Positions 36,416 to 48,830 of a stretch of 64,000 nucleotides of DNA are shown here, in pieces. The notes under the pieces were generated by a model, which saw nothing but the letters and a program-made list of their open reading frames with translations, had not been told where the DNA came from and made no database searches. The stretch spans positions 62,992,001 to 63,056,000 of the forward strand of contig CM052838.1 in NCBI GenBank assembly GCA_028534125.1, given 5' to 3'. Both the position numbers and the translations under genes were made by a program. Position 1 is the stretch's first letter. Each line of letters begins with the position of its first letter. The stretch comes from Lama glama. Its lineage: Eukaryota.

Positions 36416-36869
36416 TGTGTCGGTTACCAAGGGCTTCCGTAACAAGTGACCACAAACAGGATGGCTTCAAACACCAGGACTGCTTCTCTCCCCATCCTGG
36501 GGGCCAGAAGTCTGACATGCAGGGTGGGCAGGGCCAGGCTCTCCCTGCAGGCTCATGGGGAGGGTCGTTCCTGGCCTCGCCCTGGTGTCTGGTGGCTGCC
36601 GGCAGCCCTGGGCATCCTTTGGCTTTCAGATGCATTATTCCAGTCTCTGCCTCTGTCTTCACGTGACATTGCTCCCCTGTATGTGTCTCTGTGTCCAAAC
36701 TATCCTCTCCTCCCAGGGACTCCAGTCAGACTGGATCTCAGGCCCACCTTATCCTAGGGTGACGTCCTCTTGGCTTGCTTACATCAGCAAAGACCCTGCT
36801 TTCAAATAAGGTCATGTTCACAGGTTCCTGGTGGATGCATTTTTAGGGGCCACCATTCAACCCAGTGCA
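36416..36869 (-). mobile_element. MLT1C-like MaLR solo LTR
   Basis: tgtgtcggttaccaagggcttccgtaacaagtgaccacaaac...ggccagaagtctga...ttacatcagcaaagaccct..tttcaaataaggtcatgttcacaggttcc...ccattcaacccagtgca; flanks ggggc/tgggc resemble a TSD (4/5). Confidence 0.92.
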
Positions 36870-37819
36870 TGGGCAAAAGTAAAGCTTGGAAAGTGAGAGT
36901 CTATGGCAAGTTGTTGGAAGGCAGGGCAGGGTTCTACTCTCATCACTGATAAGTTGGTATGAAAAGCCAGGGCTGAGAAATGCCCGAAGTAGGAGGCTTC
37001 AAACTGCGAGGTGTGGGTGGTCTCAAGGCAGCCGTGCCCAGGCCACCTCCTTCTCCGTCCGCAGTGGGAGTGGCAGCCGGGCGGTCGGGGAGGAGGTCCT
37101 GCGGGGGAAAGGCAACGGGAAGCCAGGTAGGAGGGCACAAAGTTCGGGGGGTCAGGAAAGTGCCTGGCGACATCACATCCAAGAACTCATCAGAGAAACC
37201 AGCTCTCTGTCTCGCTCACTCCAAGTCTGGCCGTGTCTCTCCTGAGCACGCCCCTCAGGTGCAGGCTGGAGGCCGTTGCATGGACATATGTTTTCTTGCA
37301 GTGTTGTAATGAGTATGGGTTGCCTAGTGTGAGCTGAAGAAATGCCAAATATTTTAAACTCGACTTTCTTGCTCTGTATGGCACTAAATTTTCTTGTTCC
37401 TCTCAATTACATCTGACAGGGATAGTAATTCACTCCAGATGTCCAAATCAGAGCAGGTGACCATAATTTCAGAGAAACCCAGTGTTGTGTTATATGTGTT
37501 TCTTAACTTCTTCAAGTCTTACACAGTCTTTGGAAATGACATTTAATAATGAAGAAGCATGATACGTCCATACGAAGTTAAAAGAGTAAACTGAATTCAA
37601 TAAAAAAAAAAGTAAACTGTGTGAAAGGAATTTTGACAAAATCATGCTTATTTCTAGCACCGTGTTTATCAAACATTTTAAGGGCACTCCAGAGTAAGAA
37701 ATACATTTTCCATCATAATCCAGGATTCAAGCTTATGGAATTGAAGCAAAAATTTGGGAAGACAGTTCTTATATAAAATCCATTTTGATTCTTATCATTT
37801 CTATTTTCTCATGCTGTCA

Positions 37820-37905
37820 TTATTGTTGTTTTAAATGCTGGTCATGACCCTTTAAATTAATTTTATAGCCCACTAATAGTTCATATACTTGAAAAACATT
37901 GCTCT
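37820..37905. mobile_element. hAT-Charlie DNA transposon terminal fragment
   Basis: aaatgctggtcatgaccc..taaattaatttt.tagcccactaat...ttgaaaaacattg resembles the Charlie terminus '...gacccactaatggg...tttgaaaaacactg'. Confidence 0.55.
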
Positions 37906-38423
37906 AGCATCATCAAAACATTCACCATTTTGGCAAGGTTCTCCTTCTTGTAATCAGTTCCCAAAGCTCACAATTGAGACCAAAGGGGTATAGGAGAAAG
38001 GAGGTTTCCAGTATGCGTCATATAAGTAAAATGTATAATTGAACACAGCTCGAGTGTACTGTTCTCCAATGGCTATTTCGAAGGCAGGTTGAAACTGATT
38101 AAATGGCAATCTTTGAAGAGTTTTCTTTTTGCTCCCGGCGAACAAAGGCTGAGTGCTCGGGGGAAGCTCGGCTGTGTGACGCCTCACTGAGCCCTCAGCC
38201 CTGCTGCGTCAGCATGGTTGAAACTCACCGGGAGGGATGAAGTTGTCACCAGCACCGTGACTGGTGGTGTGTGCCTTCGCAACGGGTCTTTTGGGTGTGA
38301 CGTGAGACCATATTTTGGTCACTAGGGACAATCACCCCTGATGGACAAGGTGGGCACATGAAATGTAGGGTGTGACCCAACCCCGTTCTATCCATCCATC
38401 CATCCAGCCAACACAACAGCATA

Positions 38424-39320
38424 GTTTTTTATTATGAAAAATCTCAAATATACCCATGAATGGAGAAAATTGTATGATAGACTCCCAGATATTCACCAGC
38501 AAGATTCAATAGGATCTTTCATTAGGATTTTGCCCCACTTTTTTTTTTTTTTTGCTGAAGTATTTAAAAGCAAGTTCCAGGTATTGTCTCATTTTGCTTC
38601 TACTTGTCATTGTGAAACTCTAAAAAGCACAGACAACTCTCTCATAGAAGCACAATGTCACCATCACACAACAAAGAGGAATATGCATTTGGTAACCACC
38701 CAATACCCACCTCCAAGTCGAGTGTCCTCAGCGGTCTCCGGTCTAATGAAAGCATTTGTATAAATCCAGATTCAAACAAGGCCCACACTTCCTGTGTGGT
38801 GTCTTTAAATTTAAAGGACCCTCCCCTTCTGTTCTATTTCATGACCATGATGTGTTGAGGAAACCAGCTCAGCTGTCCTTCAGGGTGAATGTCTCTGTCG
38901 TTTCCTCACTGTGTCATTTAACACCTTAGCCTGTCCCCGTGTTTCTTGTAAACTGGACGCTACTTTGAAAGACTTGATTAGATGTAGGGTCACTATTTTT
39001 GGCAAAGATCCTCCAAGTACAGTACCTAGTATCATATCACGAGGTCCGTGTTGTCTGGTTGTACTTTCAATGGTGCTAAAATTGGCCAGTGGGTCTAGGT
39101 GGTTTCGTGACACCCCTGTTGCAAAGAGCCTCGTCACCTTTCACGCAAAGGTTTCATGTACTGGTCATCGTTTCCTGAACCAGCGATTTCCCTGGAGTTT
39201 GCAAAATGGTGATTATTACTTCTATCATCCTTCCCATTTCATCAGCTGGAATTCTTCTAGAAAGGAGACTGAACCTCTTCCACTTGGTTTGTCTTCACAA
39301 AAATACAGTTCACACAGGAG
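38424..39320 (-). mobile_element. Old L1M (L1MC/L1ME-type) 3' end
   Basis: ttttattatgaaaaatctcaaatatac...tttgctgaagtatttaaaagcaa...aatccagattcaaacaaggcccacac...ttgaggaaaccag...gacttgattagat...tttttggcaa; long AT-rich block. Confidence 0.8.
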
Positions 39321-40679
39321 CCATTACAGACTACGTGATTTCAGTTGTTTGGAATTTTTCTGCTCAGTGCACAGATATACATAGTGATCTATTTGTTACG
39401 TAGATCTTCACGCTGTAAACCTGGAATGATTCATTCCAAAGAGCCTACCACCTACGTGTCTTGCTGCATCTTCAGGGCCAAGACGAAGAGACAATGATTA
39501 GTTGGCGGACTTAAGGCTCACAGAGTTGCCTCCTCTCCCACGAGGCCCTGCTAACCCGTGTGGCCTTCTCCAGGAAGGTCCAGGGAATGGCGGCATTTCC
39601 GACCCCAGCCTTGGTAATGGTCTGTGGCCACCCACTCTTTTACAGGAAATCCCACTGGAGGGTTTGGTATCTCTAGTAGGGAGGACTTGCCAGGTCAGTT
39701 CCCCTACCATGTTAAATTTTAAGAATGGTGGGGAAGAGAGAGAAAGTCTTGGTGGGTCACAGGTGGGGACGGGGACAGCCACAGAGGTGAGCACCCTCAC
39801 CGGGAGCTCTGACACGGCTCTAGGAAGGGATCTTTGATGCAGTCAGCGGAGGGCTCTTTCCTGCTCCCGTTCTGCCTTCCTGTGTGAGAGATTCTTTTCT
39901 TCTTAGGCAGTCAAACCACTCATGTACAAAGCCATGGTTTGGATGGCGTGCCAGTCTTCCCATAATTTCCTTATAAAACATAGCATCTGAAAACTGACCA
40001 CGTAGCTGAGGAATGTGAGGTGTTGGCTGCAAAAGTGGAAAAATAACTTGACCATCAATTAGACCCAAACTCTTGGTTTTCATAGATACATGGAATTAGG
40101 CTGAGAGAAGAAGGGGACAGTGTAGCAGTCGGTGTACATCACATCACCCGCCCCCTTCCTCGCCGCTACATGTCCTGCAGCTCCAGAAAGGTGGTAATAT
40201 GCTCATTCACATAGACTCTGATGACTGAGCCCAGCCAGAATTGTCCTAACCCAGGTCTAAAAGCAAACGAGCTGGCTTACCCAATGAGGGTTCAACTGGT
40301 TAAGCCAGAAAAAGGGTACATATTACAGGGTTTACCCTATCCTCCACTCACCGTGGGCTGTTATGTGAGAAACAGTCTGCACAGGTGATCAGCTGCTCCT
40401 GCATCTACCAGCCAGCTGTCTGACGGATCCAGCCGGCTGCAGACAACATCACAAGTGGCTTGACTGAACACAGCCTTCCTTCCCGACCTCTTCTGTGTCC
40501 ATGCATGGAGCCTAAGGGTCTGTGAGTCTGTCTCCAAGTATTTTTCTTCCAGAATTGACAGGTTCAAGTACACAGGCCAAGGCAGACATCCCGGAACACA
40601 TAATGGTTGTGGAAAAGTCTGTTGCGCCTGGTTATTACAGATCACACGTAACAGTGTGTAAAATCTCCCGCTGTTCAGA

Positions 40680-41000
40680 GATTCTTGTGCTAAGCAGGTT
40701 AATTAAACCTTAATTTGAATCTCCCAGTTATATGGGTCTGGCCTTAAAATTATCCCACCTAATTCTCTGTCTATGTATGCATTAGTGAGGGAGGGAGAGG
40801 GAAGGTACGGCATTTTATATGCCTGAGTCATTAAATTGGCTTAATCTAATTAGTAGGCTGTGAAACAGTTGACGAAATTTGATCGACACACCACCTTAGG
40901 AAAGCCAATGTATTTTAAAATATTATTTTTCTTCACAAAACACCAGCTGTAATGTTTTTGGTATGATAACAAATTCGTGGTAAAATTAAATCAGCCAGCA
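40680..41000. promoter_or_regulatory. Candidate enhancer with a paired-homeodomain P3 site
   Basis: TAATCTAATTA at 40842-40852, TGAGTCA at 40824-40830, AGGTTAATTAAACCT at 40696-40710, many TAAT cores. Confidence 0.45.
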
Positions 41001-41228
41001 TTGCCTAGGTACCCCCGGCAGATGCATTGCTCCCTGGTACCAACAGCTCTGGCCGGGGCTGCGGCACCCCAACTTCTGGAGACAATGGCCAACTTCAGTC
41101 TGGCTTTGGGGCAGCAAGCTAATTTTATGACTCAAAACACCTGGATATTTGTAAACTTCCAAGTGTTTGGAAAAATACAGCCACCATCTCTATGCCGAAC
41201 CCCACTGTGGCCTGTGACCCACTCCCCG

Positions 41229-41229
<1 letters not shown>

Positions 41230-41277
<48 letters not shown>
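41230..41277. repeat. (CA)24 microsatellite
   Basis: Perfect dinucleotide run. Confidence 0.98.
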
Positions 41278-41278
<1 letters not shown>

Positions 41279-42367
41279 CATCCCCGAATGCTCCTCGTGC
41301 TGGACCCAGACATTAATGTTTGCCCTCCTTTTCACCTTTACAATTGCAAATATAAATCAATCTGTTGTCACTGATGAGCCCTCTGGGAAATTCCCTGCCT
41401 CTGCTCAGGACACTAAAAGATGTAGGTGAGAATCTTCCAAACCAACCACATATTTGTCCTCTGTCTGTTGCTAGCCATCAGGCTACGAATACTGCTCTCA
41501 TAATAGAGAAAACCGAGTAGAATTTCTCCAGGTCCAGATCTCGATTTTTTAACAGGTAGGAGTCCACCCTGTACATTAGATACACTAAATTCCCACTGCA
41601 GCCTGCAAACCTCCATGCAAACTGAGAAACAAACAAACTGAGGCATGAACTCCTGCCCCAGACTTGTGGCATCTCTAGAAAGAAATAAAATAAAGATCGG
41701 AACATCCGGTGAGTCTTGTAACGCAGAAGTGTTTTGGTGGTTGAACTTGAGAAAAGGGTGCACTTTGCTAGTGAAACTCCATTCTCAACTCACGACAGGA
41801 GGCCGTGTGAGAAAATGGTCTAAAAACAGGCAATCAATAATTTGTATCTCAAACACAGTGTGCTGTTAAATGGTCCCGTCTTCAGATGTCTTTGAAGGGA
41901 AGGGGGAGTAGTAGGAATAACTAGCCAGAAGGAGCCAGTCGAAATACTCACATACAGGAACAAAAGTCTCTGAAGGAAGTTACAGAACGTCCGCTGCCTG
42001 GCTGACTGCCCGCTGAGATGACTGCAAAGGAATCCCATTTAAAAGGAGATGCGCCAGTTCCAGCCAATGGTCCTCCTGTTCCAAGCAGGCGTTTGGGGCG
42101 GAACCAATCTCAGGACCACAAGAGAGAATCTCAGGGGCCAGGTGTGGACAGGGAAGAGGAGGAGGCCTCTGACAAAATCCTTCTTGCCCCCGTGAGGACC
42201 CAGCTGGGCTGGACAGATGGATTGGCGCTGCTTTGGAACAATAATCCTAGGTAACACGGAGAGCTTGAAGGCCATTTTGCCAACGAGAATACGGAGCCTC
42301 TGAAAGCAAGGTTCCTGGCTGCCTCTTGCCAGATGGCAGAGCATCTGGGCTGGTATCACAGCTGATG

Positions 42368-42520
42368 GGGGGCTCTGAAGTCAGGCTTCCTGGGTTTGAC
42401 TCCAGGTTGCCCTGTCCTAGCTGCAAGGCCTGGGACAGGTCACCTCACCTCTCTGCGTCTCTGCGTTCTCACAGGTGAAGCAGGGCTGGTCACTGTGCCC
42501 GCCTCCCAGGGTTTTAGATG
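42368..42520 (+). mobile_element. MIR SINE
   Basis: ggctctgaagtcaggcttcctgggtttgactccagg...ctagctg..aggcctgggacaggtcacctcacctctctgcgtctc. Confidence 0.8.
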
Positions 42521-43250
42521 GTTTGCTGCAGCCAGACCAAGCAGAACACTAATCGTTGTCCTCACGATGCTGCTGCCGGGGTTTCCTTGGATCCTGTCCA
42601 TACGATCCTGTTACTGGAAGTTCTGGAACCACCTCTGCTGCGCCTGGCCACAGGGAGAGCCAGAGGCAGCCAGGCATTGGTTAGAGGGCCCCGGGTGGTT
42701 TCAGGGATTCCACGGCCACCGGGGCCACCGCCCGACTTGCAGGCCAGTGAATCTGGTTTCCACTTCCTGCCCGGCACGTGCCGGCCTGCTTCACCCTAAC
42801 GCGGCTGGTCTGGCTCAGGGCGCTCCTGCCCGCGGGGCCGTATTCGCCCACTGTGTGCTGGCTGAGCTCGGGCCGCCCGTGCGGGCAGCCTCTGTACTCG
42901 AAGTGCTGGTCTTCTGGCAAGTCTGCCCAGCCTAGGGGCGGGGAGGTGCAGGCAGAGCAGTAATGCATCCGCTGGTCCTTTCACAGGAGGGCGTGTGGGC
43001 GTGCTGACAGAAGACTGGGTATTTGAGAGAGGGAGGGTGCATTGTCTTTTACTCTCTTTTTGTTGTGTTTTTGGGGGGCCATCCAGTGACACATTCCACG
43101 CTCTTTTGTAAACACCTTGGGGAGCTCACATCTCGTCCCCCTCAAGCACACACAGTGTCTTTCTGGGAGGAGATGACAAGTCCTTGGCTGGGAAAGGGAA
43201 GACCTGGAATTAGGTTGAGGGACCAACTTCTCCCCATGAACCAGGGTTTC

Positions 43251-43400
43251 GGGGTTTCTTAGCTTCAGCATCGCTGATGCTGGGGCTGGGCGGTGATCTG
43301 TGGTGGGCCCGGCCTGGGCACTGCGGGGCATTGGGCAGCATCCATGGCCTCTACCCACCCCAAGCCAGTGGGACCCCCGCAAGTTGTCCTACCAAATAAC
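43251..43400. mobile_element. MER20 hAT-Charlie DNA transposon (partial, GC-shifted)
   Basis: gggtttcttagcttcagca...gcagcatccatggcctctacccac...gccagt...cccc..aagttgt..accaaa matches MER20. Confidence 0.8.
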
Positions 43401-44974
43401 CACACATTCTCTGCTGTGATTCATGTCCGCCCTGCAAAAGCTGAGGCAGAAAGAGCTAGGTTTACCTGCATTATCCTTGTATATCCGGCTCTCACCGCAG
43501 TCCGGACCTGGCTCCCGGGGCCTGTGTATGTGTCGTGGGGGTGGGGATGCTTTGCTGCAAGAAAGGGGAGGGTCATGAGGAGGCGCCGGCATCAGTGGAA
43601 GGCCAAGGACAGTGCATCTTCCCCCAGAAGGGTCTGCCTTTCACCAGAGAGAGAATGAAAAACACTTGTGTTTTTGGGGACCAGACTGTATGTAAACTTG
43701 GACCCCGGGGGCTGCTGGGCTCAGGGGCACCGTTCATCACCTGGGGCGGCCGACACGGCAGGAGCGTAAAAGATCCCTGGAATGCATCACAGGCTACCTG
43801 GCAGGAACCCTATAGACAGGGGCTTTTTCTTTCTTAAAGTTAGACCAGTGCAGTTATCGTCCTGAGGGAGGGCTTGAGAGGAAACGGGTCTCTCTCCACT
43901 TCCTCTGGAACTGCCTGGCTGTGCGGTCCACCCTTGGGTGCAAAGATCCCTGATGCATTTCCAGCCGAGCCCCGCTCTCCCTCTGCCTCAAGCATGCTGT
44001 GGTCCTGAAGGCCGAGGACACGGGCCACGGACACCCTGGACTTGGAGGCCATGCTCACCGTGGACACGCTTGATGGGCACCCACAGTGTTTGCTCTGATG
44101 TAAACTGAGAGATTTGATGACTGTGTTGAATTCAGCTGCGGTCCAGCTCCTCCGTCCAGGCTGGTGCCGGGGGGCACATGTCTGAGTCAAGTCCAAGTCC
44201 CCTTCTCCACAGAGCTCTGGCTAGTGTGGCCTCAGAAGGTCTTGGGTGCTTGGGGACTGTCCGTGAGGGCGGGGGTGGAGGTCGGCCGGGGCCCCTCGGT
44301 AGCCACCCGGGCCTCCTCTAGATCCTCCTGGCTCTTCCGCTCTGCGTCTCCGCCTCCGGGCTGGGTGCTGGATCAGGCCGTGACGAGGGTGTCCACCTGC
44401 TTCTCCCGCAGGTCACGCCCAGCGGCAAGGTCGGGGGCCAAGCGGGCAGAGGGAGCACTCAGGCTGCAGTCCGTCCTATGGGCCCAGCTCAGCAGCACAG
44501 GGGTGGCCGGGCCCGACCTCTCCCTGGGTGGCCGTCCTCCCTCCCTGATTGCGGGGCCCCTGGACGCCCAGTTGCAGGGCCAGACGCAGGAATGGCAGCC
44601 CAGCCTGGCCTGGGTACCTAGCCTCACAGCCGCTGGAGGACAAAGTCAGTTCTTTGTCACTTACACCTCCAATCAGAGCTCGACTCAAACAGGCGAGAAC
44701 ACGTGTGGGCAAACGTTCTCTTTAGGCCAGAAGAGGCTCCAGTCGGGCCTCGGAGCACAACAGGCCGCCTCTTCCCCGCCTGCTGGCAGCTGGGGGCCGC
44801 AGGGCGGGGCCGTCAGCTGCTCGAGAGCATCCTGCCGTTTCTGGCCCAGCTCTGGTCCTTTGTCTCAGGCACTGCGGGGATTTGACATTCCCGGGTGACT
44901 TGTCCGTGACTCTGAGGATATACGTCTGTCCAATTTCTGCTCCTTGTTGTGTTCTTATGATGTCCCAGAAACAT

Positions 44975-45125
44975 GTGGTGCTGCTTGATTGAGCTTCCTA
45001 AAACGTATGAGGTAGGTTCTGCCCCGTCCCCTTTCTAGAGATGGGAACGTGGAGGCGCAGAGAGGAAAGCCAGCCAGCCGGACACCGTCTGGTCAGTGAT
45101 GGGAGCGCTCGGACCTACTGCCCCC
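44975..45125 (-). mobile_element. MIR fragment
   Basis: tatgaggtaggttctgcc..tcccctttctagagatgggaacgtggaggcgcagagagg. Confidence 0.6.
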
Positions 45126-46199
45126 ACCCGCCTCGTGCCGGCCAGACTGGCTTGCTTGCCTGTTTCTTTCTCTTTTTTATTTTTTTTTCCTGGACTTTAT
45201 GGTTTTTTAGTTTGGATGCCGTGACCTCCCTGAGAACAGAGAAAGAGAATGAAAGTAAATGTGCTTCAGTAGAAGTATTAGAGACGGCGGGATGGACCAG
45301 TGCTCCAAGGATTCATTTCAGGTGTGAAACATCATGGGAGGCTCGCTGGCTCAGCGTCTCATCGTTTGAACTTTTCCAGGGGATGGAAAGTGAGGTTATT
45401 TGCAAAAATTGGTAAAGTGGTAAAGTGGCGGACTGCCATGGATTTCGAGTCACTGTCCCGGTTAATTGAGACATCTGAAGGCGACACAGGGAGGGTGTCA
45501 CCCAAGATATCTGACTCCCCAGGCTGGCTTAGCACAGGCAGCCTGGCCTTGATTTGGGAGGGAGAAGCCAAGTGTGTCCCATGTTCCTGGCGCCGGTGGA
45601 TTAACAGAGTGGCAGCGATGTGGGTCTCCAAGGACAGGCCTGTGGGCCCACCTCCCGGCTCGGAGGAAGTCGGCTTCCCCAGCCGGTGGCAGGGGTGGAG
45701 CTGGGAGAAGCGGCAGGTGACACGTGGCCGTCCCCACGCAGGAAGGCACCGCCTGCCAGTTCCTGGGTGAGGAGCTGAGAGGGAGCTTGCCAGAAAACCA
45801 AACTGGCTTTTAAAGGAAGTGGTTTCAAAGTAGCTTATTAATTCCAACTAAATTCAATGTTCGGTTCTTCTGGTTAAAAACCCAATGGACATGTCACCAC
45901 AATTAGCGTGTGCTTGCCACTTCGAAACCAGAACTGACGGCTCCGAAATGTCTGGGCTTAGAGGACGGACTTAGCACCTTAGTGTGTAAAATGTATTCAC
46001 TTTTTCTTTATGGAAAACAAAACCCCAGTAACACAGTAACCCACGGATCTGTGCCCACGCCCCCAGCGGCGCGTACCCTGTCCCCCCGAAGTCTAAACTA
46101 TTCATAAGAAAGTCAGTTACTCCGACAGTGTCGGGGTCACCAAAGTCGTTTTTAAATTGCCCATCAACGTGGTGGGAATTTGGGAAGGATGAAACGGGT

Positions 46200-46620
46200 A
46201 TTTTAATGGAGCTGTGGACCTGTTCTCAGAGACCAAATTGTGCGGAACTGAAAAGCTCAAACGGGGTAATTCACTTTGGGGAGGGGGCGGTCCTCCAAGG
46301 CCTGGGAGGGCTGGCCGGGCTCAGTCTGCCTGGCTTTATTAACTCATCCTTAATTAGCCCATAGCTTCGATACAATTTAGCTTGTGCCATATGGACTGAT
46401 ACCGTGCTGAACGGTACCCCCCGTGCAGGTGACAGTCTGTCACATTGAAGGCAGACCAGCATAAACCCAACAGCAACACACCCTTAACGGCGGCGGCACC
46501 ATTTGCAGCGCCAGAGTGATGGTCGTGTAAGCACTTCCATTAGAAACTCTTATTTTCAAAGATTTTATAAATTAGTCATTGAAAAAACATCACTCTGGGC
46601 TGAAATAAAATCCAGCCAAT
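46200..46620. promoter_or_regulatory. Candidate enhancer (TALE palindrome, bHLH, homeodomain)
   Basis: GTGACAG-T-CTGTCAC at 46429-46443, CCATATGG at 46387-46394, TTAATTAG, TTTATTAA. Confidence 0.35.
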
Positions 46621-48379
46621 CAGCTCGTAGCCAAGAAGGCTGATGTTCAATGACACTGGAGAAAAACATGTGGCCGTCGCCCCAAGTTTTGGCTGCTCGC
46701 TCCCTTTCCTTGAATTCACTGAATCAGACACAAATGCAATTCTGTGCTGAGTGACAGACAAACGTTCCACACCGGCAGAGAGGACGGTATTCTCCAGGAG
46801 TAGACTGGCCTGGCCGCGGGGGTGTCCCTATGCGTTGCTTTGACTCCTGTTTGTCCTGCACCTTCGTGCCGATGGAAGGAGGGCGCCCCCTACAACCAGT
46901 GGGAGTGGACCCTACTCCCACACAAGGTAGGGGGACCCTGGACCCCACTTCAGGAAGGTGCTTCCGGAATGCGAAGAAACTTACTCAGACACGCACAAGT
47001 TTTCTCTTTGCTGTGGCGTCTGAGAACAATACTTGACGGTTTTTGTATTTTCCCATCACTCAGGAAACCATGAAACTGTTGAGATTCTCATACACGTTGC
47101 TTCCAGCTCCGGACCAGCTGACTGGGCCTTGTCGGGTCCGCTTGAACCTCGGTCCCGAAGGCCCTGAAAGCCCTTGATTCTCATTGTAACCATAACCGCC
47201 ACACAATACACTCGCAAGACCTTGTGGGCCAAGGGCCTTCAGTGAGTTACAGCGATCCAAAGACACTCAGGCTCCGAGTGGCCTTTTTCGACAATTTTTA
47301 GTAAGATCATTCACTTCCTTTTTTCCAAAGCTAAAATTCTTTCCTTCAGGCTGTTGATTCTGGTTTCTTTCCGATTCTGCTCAGTGCACCGCACGTGCCC
47401 CAGGAGAACCCAAAGCCTTGGGGCTCTGCTGCTGAGCGGGGCCGCGTGGCCCCCTTCCAGATGCAGGAAGTGGGGGAGCGAGCAGGCGGGGGGGCCTGGG
47501 GGTCTTGTTCTGATCCGTTACCTCCAACACATAAGCAGCTGGAGTGCTAGCAGTTTTGAGCTTGGATAACCTAAATAAGCCCATCTTTCCCTTTTTCCTT
47601 GAGAAATGGACAGCCCGTCTTAGCTTCGGCAGGAGGCGCTCCGGCCCACGACTGAGTGCCAAGGGCCCAGCCGGCTGGGGGGGCCCGCCCGGAGCTGGGG
47701 CTGCCTTCCGCGAGAGGACGGTAGGGAAAGCGCTGGTTTGTGGCGTTTGGACACCTTCGTCCCGCTCACGTGCATTCTGTCCCCTCGGCGAGGAGCGGGG
47801 AGGCACGGGTATCTCTCCTCTAAGCTGCGCCCTTGCAGGACTATCCCAAATCTCAAAGAAGGAAAGCAGCCGGAGCCAGCCCCCGGCTGTGCCCGCACAT
47901 CCCCGAGGGTCTGGGTGGGAAATGGGAGGGCCGTGGGCTTTGGGGACAAAAGAGGAATCGGTGGCTTCTGATGCAGACGCAGTGTGCCTCGTGGGTTCTC
48001 GGAGGCTCCTGCGCCTCTGTCCTGCCTCCCCGTCAGGGTCTGTGCTGGGCTGGGCTGGGGACGAGGCGTTTCCTCGGGGGCTGGTCCAGCCTCCCTCTGC
48101 TTAGGGTGTATATCTGCTCACTTTTAATAATGTTCAAGTCATGACACAGCACTAGATGGGAAAATAGCATTTCTTTATTAAAACTGCTTTATTAAGCCTG
48201 TTTTTCACCAATGTGCAGTGGTGCGGGGCGGGGGGGGTGTGTGCGTGTTCCCTCTGCTGCTGAAGAGAAGAGAGTCTGGCGAGTCTGACGGACTTTTCTT
48301 TTGAAAGGCGGCTCTGCTGTTTTGCGTCCCTGGAATAAAATGACTTGTGCTGTGCAGACAGGAGCTAAATGTCCCCACC

Positions 48380-48830
48380 TCTCATCGGCCATTTATGTGA
48401 CTCTACGGTTTTCAAATGGTGCGATGTGAGCGGATGCCAAATGTCCCGCCATTTCATAACCAGCAGCAGACAGAGCTCTTTTCAAAATGCCACCGCTCAG
48501 AGCATCTGTTGTTATTAAGGAAGCCGCTCAAAGGCTGTAGAGGACTTCGGTTTTGTTTTCGCCGTCACTTATCGAGCTAGAATAATACGCAGTTTGTGGA
48601 CGAAGCTGACGTGTGAGAGCCATTGTGCCAATGGCTGTATTTAGTGTTCCCTTTTATTACTGACTGTAAAATAAACTTTGGCCTTTTTTAATAAATGTTA
48701 TAAGAATGCTCTGTGAATCGGGAGAGCATCTCCCATTAAGTGCATTTAACATCATCACAATGAAAAATGCAGCAACTGTCACGCATGCAGGACCCATGTC
48801 CGTAAAAAGCCACATTGTCATTTGCACGGC
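48380..48830. promoter_or_regulatory. CNE-like unique element with short palindromes
   Basis: AGCCATTG-TGC-CAATGGCT at 48618-48636, TGACGT at 48607, GGGAGA-GCA-TCTCCC at 48720-48734, TTTTATTAC. Confidence 0.35.

Noticed and set aside
40977-41429. HTHTHT and CVCVCV peptides
   Set aside because: They are translations of the (CA)24 microsatellite.
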